In this document: piece after piece, positions 40,615 through 48,483 of the stretch
How the letters are laid out: every line of letters starts with the position of its first letter
Numbering within the stretch: the first letter of the stretch is position 1
DNA from: an uncultured Solirubrobacterales bacterium
GTDB lineage: Bacteria > Actinomycetota > Thermoleophilia > Solirubrobacterales > 70-9
NCBI GenBank assembly: GCA_963717235.1
Contig: CAVQVQ010000003.1
Location: 310,260-374,259 of the forward strand
Direction: 5' to 3'
DNA length: 64,000 bases
Program-made: the position numbers and the translations under genes
The notes under the pieces: generated by a model
What the model saw: only the letters and a program-made list of their open reading frames with translations
Databases searched by the model: none
What the model was told of the DNA's origin: nothing

Positions 40615-42135
40615 GTGAGCAGCGGCACGCCGCCAGGCTCCGCCGTGGTCGGGGGGCACGATGCCCCCGGCTTCGACACGGACGGCCTGGATGACTCTCG
40701 CGAGTCCGACCTGGCCCGGGCCGCGGCGGACGGGGACGGCAACGCTTTCGCCCTTCTCTACGAGGCCTATGAATCCCGCATCTACAACTACTGCCTTCGA
40801 ATCCTCGGGGGCACCAGTGACGCCGAGGACGCGACCCAGGAGGCTTTCCTCAAAGTCTTCGGCAGACTGCCAGAGCTCGAGGGCGAGCGGATCAACTTCG
40901 GTGGCTACATGTTCACCGCGGCGCGAAACGCGAGCTACGACATGATCGACCGCCGACGCCGGACCGAGCCCGTGGCCGACCTGCCCGATGACGGCGGCGG
41001 ACACCTCCACCGCGAGCGGGCCGACGCCGACATCGAGCCGGAGCGGGCGGCGATGCTCTCGAACCAGCAGGCCGCGGTCCGGGCCGCCAACGAAAGGCTG
41101 CCCGCACGCCAACGCGAAGTTCTCGCCCTGCGTGAGGTCGAGGGCATGAGCTACGCCGAGATCGCCACCACGATGGAGATGAACACCAACTCGGTCGCCC
41201 AGTTGATCTCCAGAGCACGGACCAGCCTCCGCAGCGAGCTGCACCTCGAGGTCGCTTCGGCAGTAACCCCGTCCTCTCCCGAATGCGAGCGCGCCCTGCC
41301 GCTGATGGCGATGAAGCAGGACGGCGAGCTCGGCGACGCCGCAGACCGTGGCTGGCTCTCCACCCACCTCGCCGGCTGCGCCGGCTGTCGTCTCTCTTCC
41401 GAAGAGATGGCCGAGTCCGGGATCTCCTACCGCGCCTGGGCTCCGGTCGCACCCGGCCTCTACCTCTTCCGCGACACCCTCGCCAAGGCGGCCGAGTCGA
41501 TCGGGGCCGACTGGTCCGGCGTCGAGCGCCCCGCCCCACCGTCCGAACCGGGTCCGGTCAAGGCAGCGCGCTCCGGGCGAAGGACCATCACCACGGCCGC
41601 AGCGACCCTTGTGGTCGCGGTCGTGGCGGGGGTTTTCGCCGGCCAGGTGGCGGATTCGACTCCCGATCCGGCCGACTTCCCCGATGCCTCGACGGTCTCC
41701 TCACCACGGTCCGAAGCGCCTGCCGGAGGTAGCCAGGGCGGCAACCGTCCCGGGCAGGATGCCGGGCAGCCGCAGACCCCGGCAGCGCAGCCTTCCGGGC
41801 CGGCCGCGCAGACCCCGCCGCCGGCCTCGGTGCCCCCCTCGCCCGGGACCGACGACCAGCCGCGGCAGGAAACCCCGGACACCGGCGGGCCCTCCTCGCC
41901 GCCGACCGGCACACCCGGAGGTGACAGCCCCACGGATCCCGGCGGGGGAGGAGGCGGTGGAGGTGCACCGGTCACGCCACCGACCCCGCCGACCCCGGCC
42001 GATCCTCCGAGGGATCCCAAGCAGCCGACCGATCCAACTCCGTCGGACCCACCGACCACCGGGCCGCCGGTCCTCGTACCGGTCGATCCCAAGAACCCGC
42101 CGCTCAATCCGTCGAGGCCGCCGCGCATTCCCTGA
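40615..42135 (+). CDS. ECF sigma factor fused to a ZAS-type anti-sigma domain, one TM helix and a Pro-rich extracytoplasmic tail
   Basis: Region 2 (FALLYEAYESRIYNYCLRIL..DAEDATQEAFLKVF) and region 4 (LPARQREVLALREVEGMSYAEIA) are present. These are followed by C-x(n)-H-x3-C-x2-C (THLAGCAGC), TM helix ITTAAATLVVAVVAGVFAG and about 170 aa of P/T/G-rich sequence. Confidence 0.8.
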   Translation: MSSGTPPGSAVVGGHDAPGFDTDGLDDSRESDLARAAADGDGNAFALLYEAYESRIYNYCLRILGGTSDAEDATQEAFLKVFGRLPELEGERINFGGYMFTAARNASYDMIDRRRRTEPVADLPDDGGGHLHRERADADIEPERAAMLSNQQAAVRAANERLPARQREVLALREVEGMSYAEIATTMEMNTNSVAQLISRARTSLRSELHLEVASAVTPSSPECERALPLMAMKQDGELGDAADRGWLSTHLAGCAGCRLSSEEMAESGISYRAWAPVAPGLYLFRDTLAKAAESIGADWSGVERPAPPSEPGPVKAARSGRRTITTAAATLVVAVVAGVFAGQVADSTPDPADFPDASTVSSPRSEAPAGGSQGGNRPGQDAGQPQTPAAQPSGPAAQTPPPASVPPSPGTDDQPRQETPDTGGPSSPPTGTPGGDSPTDPGGGGGGGGAPVTPPTPPTPADPPRDPKQPTDPTPSDPPTTGPPVLVPVDPKNPPLNPSRPPRIP

Positions 42136-42181
42136 TCCGTCGGCGCTGTTCGTTCCCGCCCCGCCCGGGTAGGTTTCTCCC

Positions 42182-43051
42182 GTGACTGATTCCCGGACGT
42201 CCGGTACCGACAGGGCCAAATCACTCGCCGCCACCGTCAAGCGGACGGGGACGAGCTTCATCGAGAACCAGATGACCGACAAGGCGGCGGGCCTCACCTA
42301 CTACGGACTGCTTTCGCTCTTCCCGGCACTGATCGCGCTGGTTTCGCTGGTCGGCCTGTTCGCCGAGCCCGAGGCGACGACCGAGAGGCTGACCAGCATC
42401 ATCTCGGACCTCGGGCCGGAGGTCGCGACCGATTCGATCGCCGGCCCGGTCGATGCCATCACCTCGAACCGCGGTGCCTCGGGGGTCACCTTCGTTTTCG
42501 GGCTGGGGCTGGCCATCTGGTCTGCGTCGGGCTACGTCGGGGCTTTCGGAAGGGCGTCGAACGTGGTCTACGGAATCGACGAGAGCAGGCCCTTCTGGAA
42601 ACTGAGGGCACAGCACCTTGCGCTGACGCTGACCCTGCTGCTGATCCTGACGCTGCTGGCGATCGGCCTGGCGATGACCGGTCCGGTGGTCGCGGCGGTC
42701 GCCGACAATTTCGGCATCAGCTCCACCGCGCTGGACATCTGGGGCATCGCCAAGTGGCCGGTGATGGCGCTGCTGGTCCTGCTGATGGTTGCGCTGCTCT
42801 ACCACTTCTCCCCCGACATCGACCACGGCCGGATCCGCTTCTCCAGCGTCGGCGCCCTGGTCGCCCTCGCGATCTGGGTCCTCGCTTCGGCCGGGTTCAC
42901 CTTCTACGTCGGCAACTTCGGCTCCTACAACGAGACCTACGGCACCCTCGGAGGCTTCGTCGCCCTGCTGGTCTGGTTCTGGATCTCGAATCTCGCCATC
43001 CTCTTCGGGCAGGAACTGAACCGGGAGCTGGAGCTGCGCAAGCAGGCTTGA
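42182..43051 (+). CDS. YihY/BrkB-family membrane protein
   Basis: 289 aa with DKAAGLTYYGLLSLFPALIAL and multiple TM segments. Confidence 0.8.
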   Translation: MTDSRTSGTDRAKSLAATVKRTGTSFIENQMTDKAAGLTYYGLLSLFPALIALVSLVGLFAEPEATTERLTSIISDLGPEVATDSIAGPVDAITSNRGASGVTFVFGLGLAIWSASGYVGAFGRASNVVYGIDESRPFWKLRAQHLALTLTLLLILTLLAIGLAMTGPVVAAVADNFGISSTALDIWGIAKWPVMALLVLLMVALLYHFSPDIDHGRIRFSSVGALVALAIWVLASAGFTFYVGNFGSYNETYGTLGGFVALLVWFWISNLAILFGQELNRELELRKQA

Positions 43052-43093
43052 GGCGGCAGTCTCCACCGCCGACCGGTGAAGCCTGGAGGTGCC

Positions 43094-43264
43094 ATGGCCT
43101 CGACACCCATCCAGGTCGTAGAGCGCACCTCCGCAGTGGCAATGCCGCTGCGGTCGGGTTACGTTGTCAGCAGGGCAGGAAAAGAATTTGTCGCCCGGCG
43201 TAAGAAACCGGTCATCTCTTCGTTGGGCATTCAACAGGGCTTGAGGAAGCCGAAAGCACGTTGA
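43094..43264 (+). CDS. Possible 56-aa basic small protein
   Basis: GGAGGTG precedes the ATG at 43094. GC3 is only moderate and no homology was recognised. Confidence 0.25.
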   Translation: MASTPIQVVERTSAVAMPLRSGYVVSRAGKEFVARRKKPVISSLGIQQGLRKPKAR

Positions 43265-43279
43265 AGGGTGTGAACCGAA

Positions 43280-45025
43280 ATGAAGAAGAAGCTGAAGGAA
43301 CTGATCCACAGGCCGGGACGCCTGCTGCCGGCGGCGCTGATCGCGTTGCTGTGCGGGTTCGCTGTCTCAACCGCGCCGGCATCAGCCGAAGTGAGGGCCG
43401 AGAGAGCTGCTGACATCAACCCGGGCCCCAGCGACTCTGACCCCGGCGACTACACCGAATTCGGCGGATACCTCTACTTCGAAGCGCGTGACGGCGAGCA
43501 CGGCTATGAGCTCTGGCGTACCGACGGCAAGATCTCCGAACTCGTATCGGACATCGAACCCGGCAAGAAGAGCTCGAACCCCTCGAACTTCATCGTTTTC
43601 GACGGTGCTCTCTACTTCCGGGCAAGGACCGAAGCCCGGGGAAGCGAGCTCTGGATGACTGACGGAACCACTCCCCAGCTTGTCGCCGACATCCGCCCGG
43701 GCCCGGACTCGTCAAGCCCTTCGAACTTCGAGGTTCTCGGCTCGAGCCTGATCTTTCGCGCCAACGACGGGGTCCAGGGTTCCGAGCTGTGGAAGAGGGA
43801 GGGCGGCGTGACCGCGCTGCTCGAAGACATCAATCCCGGAGCCGGCAGTTCGGCGCCGAACCAGATGACCCGGCTGGGGGGCCACGTCTTCTTCGCGGCC
43901 AACGACGGAGTGAACGGCGACGAGCTCTGGAGGACGGACGGAAGCTCGACCGTTCTGTGGCAGCAGATCAACCCGGGAGCGGCGGGCGCGGGCATCTCCC
44001 AGATGACCGAGTTCAACGGATTCCTCTACATGAGGGCCACCGGCGCGGCCTTCGGAACGGAGCTGATCAGGACAAACGCGCTTACCACCCAGCTCATCAC
44101 GGACCTGAACCCGGGCGTCGGAAACTCGGGGCCTACGGGCTTCGAGGTCTATGGCGACCACCTCTACTTCAGGGCCACCGACGGGGCAGCCGGTGAGGAA
44201 CTCTGGCGGACCGATGGAGCGGTTCCGTTTCCGACAACCAACCAGGTCGCCGACATTCGTCCGGGTGCCGACGGTTCGTTCCCCGGCAATCTCCGGGCCT
44301 TCGCAGGACAGCTCTACTTCTCGGCCAGCAACGGTACTTCGGGCAGCGAGCTGTGGCGGTCGGACGGAGCCGGGGCAACCCTGGTTTCAGACCTGAATCC
44401 GGGTGAGAACGGTTCCAGTCCGTACGACCTGAACGAATTCAAGGGCGAGCTCTACTTCCTTGCCGAGACCGAAAACAAGGAGGAGGAGCTCTGGTCACTG
44501 AACGGTGGATCACCCAAGCTCTTCGCTGACATCCTGCCGGGAAGTGACGGCTCCGACCCCTACGACTTCACGCCGTTCAACGACGAGCTCTACTTCACCG
44601 CCGACGACGGTCTTCACGGATACGAAATGTGGCGACTGACGGACGCCGACAACGAGGTCACGGTGAAGATCGCCGGCAGGAAGATCAAGCTCAACCGCAA
44701 GTCCAGGGCCAAAGTCAAGCTGACCTGTCCGGCTGCAGAAGGGTCCGGCCCCTGCCGCGGCAAGCTGACCCTGAAGACCAGGGGCAAGGTCAAGACCGGC
44801 AAGAAGGCCCGCAAGGTGACCCTCGCCGGGACCGGCTTCAAGGTCGCCGCCGGCAAGACGAAGACGGTCACGGTGAAGTTCAAGAAGGGCTCGGCCAGGC
44901 TGGTTCGCAACAACCGAAAGGCACGCAAGGTGATCGCTGTCGCCAGGGTCAGCGACGGGGTCGGCAATTCGGCAACCGTGAGAAAGAACGCCACGATCAA
45001 GCCGGTGAAGTCCGGCCGCAGGTAA
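43280..45025 (+). CDS. Secreted ELWxxDGT-repeat protein, paralogue of 38859..40568
   Basis: Same repeat (about 9 copies), same C-terminal CPAAEGSGPCRGK...K-rich module, and a similar 5' leader (TGAAGGnTGTGA-N5/6-ATG). Confidence 0.75.
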   Translation: MKKKLKELIHRPGRLLPAALIALLCGFAVSTAPASAEVRAERAADINPGPSDSDPGDYTEFGGYLYFEARDGEHGYELWRTDGKISELVSDIEPGKKSSNPSNFIVFDGALYFRARTEARGSELWMTDGTTPQLVADIRPGPDSSSPSNFEVLGSSLIFRANDGVQGSELWKREGGVTALLEDINPGAGSSAPNQMTRLGGHVFFAANDGVNGDELWRTDGSSTVLWQQINPGAAGAGISQMTEFNGFLYMRATGAAFGTELIRTNALTTQLITDLNPGVGNSGPTGFEVYGDHLYFRATDGAAGEELWRTDGAVPFPTTNQVADIRPGADGSFPGNLRAFAGQLYFSASNGTSGSELWRSDGAGATLVSDLNPGENGSSPYDLNEFKGELYFLAETENKEEELWSLNGGSPKLFADILPGSDGSDPYDFTPFNDELYFTADDGLHGYEMWRLTDADNEVTVKIAGRKIKLNRKSRAKVKLTCPAAEGSGPCRGKLTLKTRGKVKTGKKARKVTLAGTGFKVAAGKTKTVTVKFKKGSARLVRNNRKARKVIAVARVSDGVGNSATVRKNATIKPVKSGRR

Positions 45026-45030
45026 CACCC

Positions 45031-45045
45031 GACCGACGGTCGGTC
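45031..45045. terminator. Short palindrome gaccgacggtcggtc between convergent genes
   Basis: It lies in the 20-nt gap between the stops at 45025 and 45046. The loop is very tight, so this is a weak call. Confidence 0.3.
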
Positions 45046-45765
45046 TCAGTCCACCGGTACTACTCGCATCGCCTCTGCGAGGGTCAGGCCCAGTACATGG
45101 GTCTGATCGCCGATCCGGATCGAGACCGGCCCGTCGAAGGGCTGGCGCTCGACCATCTCGAACTGGTCGCCGACCGAAATGCCGCAGTCGGACAGGTAGG
45201 TGAGCATGTCCGGATTCGAATCGGACACCCGGACGAAGCTGGCCCGGTCCCCCGGTGCCATCGAGGCCAGGTTCTCGGTCGAGGTCTCTTCCAGGCTGAG
45301 CTCTCTGGTCGGGATCGGGTCGCCGTGAGGGTCGAAGGACGGGTCACCGAGCTTGGTCGAGATCAGCTCGGTCAGGTCCTCCGACAGGGCGTGCTCGAGC
45401 ACCTCGGCCTCGTCGTGGACCCTTTCCCACGGCACGTCGAGCACCTCGGCCAGGAAGAGTTCCAGCAGTCGGTGGCGCCGCAGTACCGCCAGGGCGACGC
45501 GGGTTCCGTCGGCGGTGAGCCGCACGCCGTGGTAGGGCACCCGCTCGACCAGACCGGCCTCGTCGAGCTTCTTGATCATCGCCGAGACAGAACCCGGCTT
45601 GACTCCCAGCCGTGCGGCCAGGTCGTTGGTCGAGGCGGTCTCCGGACCCCAGCCGGTCAGCGAGTAGATCGCCTTGGCGTAATCCTCGACCGCGGCAGTC
45701 GGCAGGCCGTGGGTCGCCCCGCCGTTGTGCCCGCCGTTTTCGCCGGTCGTGCTTCCCGTGGTCAT
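45046..45765 (-). CDS. DtxR/IdeR/MntR-family metal-dependent transcriptional regulator with C-terminal FeoA/SH3-like domain
   Basis: VEDYAKAIYSL, LGVKPGSVSAMIKKLDEAGLV, RRHRLLELFL and HDEAEVLEH are present. Confidence 0.85.
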   Translation of the reverse strand: MTTGSTTGENGGHNGGATHGLPTAAVEDYAKAIYSLTGWGPETASTNDLAARLGVKPGSVSAMIKKLDEAGLVERVPYHGVRLTADGTRVALAVLRRHRLLELFLAEVLDVPWERVHDEAEVLEHALSEDLTELISTKLGDPSFDPHGDPIPTRELSLEETSTENLASMAPGDRASFVRVSDSNPDMLTYLSDCGISVGDQFEMVERQPFDGPVSIRIGDQTHVLGLTLAEAMRVVPVD

Positions 45766-45767
45766 AT

Positions 45768-45784
45768 TTTGAGTCTAGACTAAA
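45768..45784. promoter_or_regulatory. AT-rich palindrome tttgAGTCTAGACTaaa directly upstream of the DtxR-family start codon
   Basis: 10-bp perfect core AGTCTAGACT (45772-45781) in the 20-nt spacer between the WS/DGAT stop and the regulator's ATG. Candidate operator. Confidence 0.35.
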
Positions 45785-45785
45785 T

Positions 45786-47120
45786 TCAACCGCGTTCGGC
45801 CGCCAGAGCGCTCAGCAGCCGGGCTTCGTTCTCGGCGCCGGAAGCCATTTCATCGAGATCGGAAACCAGGTCCGGATCGGCACAGAAGCCGAAGCAGAGC
45901 CGGTCGTCGATCGACATCACGGCGATCCGGAGGGCGTGATGGCGGCCGATCTCGACCACCGAATGGATCGTCTCGACCGGCGCGCCCTCTACCGAGACCC
46001 TCCGGCGGGGACCCTTCACGTTCGAGACGCTGAAGGCGAAGCGCCGCGGGTCGGACTCGACCCTGGCCAGCAGCTTGCCCAGCCGGCTGGAGGTGCCCGA
46101 GACACGCCGCAGGATCGAGTCGAGTTCTTCGGCGTCGTGATCCTCCTTGCGCTCGGTGGTCGCCCGCCTGATCGCTTCCAGCCGGACCAGCGGATCGGGC
46201 TCGCCCAGCGGCAGGGGCACCGAGAAGAAGGAATCCCGGTTGGCGATGCTGTCGCCGGAATGGTGGAGGCTGACCGGCACCTTGACCCGCAGCGACTCGA
46301 CTCCGAGGCCCTCGTGTATGCCCATCCAGTGGCGCAGGGAACCGGCGATCACGGCCAGCACGGCGTCGTTGACAGTCGCCCCGGCGAGGCTCCTGGCCGA
46401 GTCGTGGAGTGCCTCGAAAGAGACCGTCGCGAATGAGACGGTGCGCTCGCTGCCGATCTCGCCGTCAAAAGGAGAGCTCGAAGGTGACCTGACGAACTCC
46501 CGGCCGTAGAGGCCGAGGATGTGTCGCCGGCGCCGCTCGTGATCGTCCCGACCGCCGCCGCCCGGCGTAGCCGGCGGGTCGCCCTCGTGCCCGGGTCGTG
46601 ACCCGGCCGCGTCCTGCTGCCCCGGTGGGTCCGTCTGCCCGGGCAGGTCCTGCTGGTCCTGCTGGTCCCAGAGGATCTGCCTTGCCAGGCGCATCGCGGT
46701 GGTCCCGTCAGCCATCACGTGGTGGATCCGCCAGATCAGGGCGGAGCCCCCGCCGGCGGTCGGGGCGATGTCGATCCGCCAGAGCGGCAGGTCACGGTCC
46801 AGACGCTCCGAAAGCAGCCCTGCGGTCGCCCGGCGGATCTCGTCTTCGCTGACTTCTTCGCCTCCCGCGTGGACGGCGATGTGGCGGTTCAGGTCGAACT
46901 CAGGATCGGACATCCAGTAGGGCGCTCCCGGCTCGCCGCCGAGCTTGCGGGTCAGCTCCGGCGCCGCCTGGATCCTCTGCGAAATCGAATCCCTGAGCCG
47001 ATCGGCGTCGACCCCGGGCGCTCCCAGCCTGATCACCTTGAGCGTATGGCCGGCGACGGTTTCGTCCTCGAGGTCGAGGATCGCCCGGTCTTCAGCGTTC
47101 AGCGGGATTCGCTCGTCCAT
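45786..47120 (-). CDS. Wax ester synthase / diacylglycerol acyltransferase (WS/DGAT)
   Basis: 444 aa with the HHVMADG active-site motif and a C-terminal DUF1298-like region. Confidence 0.8.
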   Translation of the reverse strand: MDERIPLNAEDRAILDLEDETVAGHTLKVIRLGAPGVDADRLRDSISQRIQAAPELTRKLGGEPGAPYWMSDPEFDLNRHIAVHAGGEEVSEDEIRRATAGLLSERLDRDLPLWRIDIAPTAGGGSALIWRIHHVMADGTTAMRLARQILWDQQDQQDLPGQTDPPGQQDAAGSRPGHEGDPPATPGGGGRDDHERRRRHILGLYGREFVRSPSSSPFDGEIGSERTVSFATVSFEALHDSARSLAGATVNDAVLAVIAGSLRHWMGIHEGLGVESLRVKVPVSLHHSGDSIANRDSFFSVPLPLGEPDPLVRLEAIRRATTERKEDHDAEELDSILRRVSGTSSRLGKLLARVESDPRRFAFSVSNVKGPRRRVSVEGAPVETIHSVVEIGRHHALRIAVMSIDDRLCFGFCADPDLVSDLDEMASGAENEARLLSALAAERG

Positions 47121-47286
47121 GGGCCGATGCTAGAGGCATCCGGTATCCGGCCGGATCGCATCTCGCATGATCTGGTGCGTGGCCGGCGGCCGGAAGGGTA
47201 GCTCCGGCGGCGGTAGAAGCTTTAACGACTGTCAGTCCATGCCGGGAAGACTGGAGGGTCAGCCCGGACGCCAAAAGGAGAGTCAA

Positions 47287-47662
47287 ATGCAAGGTGCAGG
47301 CCGTGTTGCTTTCGCCGGAATCATGCTGCTCGATTCTGGGAACGCTGAACATCATCTACGGAATCGGTGCGCTCGATAACGCCAACGTCTTCGTCAACGA
47401 CACCAGGCTGGTCTTCAGCGACCTCAACACCCTCGGCTGGCTGCTGATCATCTGGGGCGTGCTGGAGCTGATCGGTGGCTTCTCGCTGCTGGCCGGCAAC
47501 GCCTACGGCCGGATTCTCGGAATCATCGTCGGCAGCGTCGGTGCGATCATCGCGCTGTTCTCGATGGGCGCCGGCTTCCCCTTCTGGTCACTCGGCGTCT
47601 TCGCCCTGTCGTGCTGGGTCGTCTGGGGAATCATCATCTACGGCGAAGAAGAGCGCGTCTGA
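47287..47662 (+). pseudogene. DUF7144-like four-TM membrane protein with an apparent +1 frameshift near 47330-47333 (alternatively an intact CDS from GTG at 47294)
   Basis: AAAGGAGAG-N6-ATG (47287) opens frame a (MQGAGRVAFAGIMLL). The conserved body (ILGTLNIIYGIGAL...WSLGVFALSCWVVWGIIIYG) is in frame b. Joining them restores a full first TM helix. Confidence 0.45.
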
Positions 47663-47776
47663 TCACGATTCGTTGAACCAGGTTCTCTTGGGGAGAGAGC
47701 CGAACGGGCCCGGCCGGACGACTGTCCTGCCGGGCCCTTCGTCTTGAGGGACTCAGCTCCGCCGAACGCGCGCCGT

Positions 47777-48439
47777 TCACTCGATGACCGAAGTGGCGAT
47801 GATGTGAGCCTGCGCGATCTGGGGTGAACCCGCATTGACCGAGCAGTTGAGCGAAATCGTCGCCGGTTCGTCAAGGACCGCGGTCGCCGACATCGACAGG
47901 GCCACCCCGTCACCGTTCATCGACGTGAAGATTCTGTGCCGCGTCGTTGGCCATCGAGCAGATCACCGGCTGGTGACCCGCCATCCGCGAAGCACGTTCG
48001 CCCGGGCCGTTGAGAACGTAGGAACCCGCCGGGAGTCTCGGTGTTTCGACCACCGCTGCGAAAGCGTCGTTCAGGACCAGCAGCGGGACAACGGGTTCCC
48101 TCGCTGCGTACCAGGCTTCGCCGGCCAGCTGGCCCGGCTCGAAGTCGCTCCGCAGAAGGGTTCCGTCTCTGACCGTTGGCGGAGTCGACCGCGCCGTCTG
48201 CCAGCTTCGGACGTACCGAGTTCTTTCACCGTTTGGCGGAGTTGACCGCATCGCTACGCAGCCTCGAGCGATGTCACCGCCTTCTTCTTCAGCTTCTTCG
48301 TGGTCACCGAGTTCTTCTTCAGCTGCTTGCTGCCGACCGAGTTCTTCGGGATGTTTATCGCCGCGTAGCTGACGCCGCCGAGGGCGACGACCAGGGCGAT
48401 GACCGAGATCACGAGTGAGGGAGTTATCCGCTTTTCCAT
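47777..48439 (-). pseudogene. Decayed gene for an N-terminally anchored protein with NSVxSKQLKKNxVT-type repeats; at least three frame changes
   Basis: MEKRITPSLVISVIALVVALGGVSYAAINIPKNSVGSKQLKKNSVTTKKLKKKAVT ends at a TAG (48254). Related segments continue in other frames: DAVNSAK / KNSV..KLADGAVDSAN, then VRDGTLLRSDFEPGQL..., then NGDGVALSMSATAVLDEPATISLNCSVNAGSPQIAQAHIIATSVIE*. Confidence 0.55.
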
Positions 48440-48483
48440 CCCCTAGCCGTAGAACAGGACGGGGGCGGTGTCAAACGGGGTGA

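Noticed and set aside
42109-42135. The sigma/anti-sigma fusion also ends in ...RIP, like the RTX tails (KIP/RIP)
   Set aside because: Only the last two or three residues match, and the Cys/Lys motif is absent. This is most likely coincidence in a Pro-rich tail.
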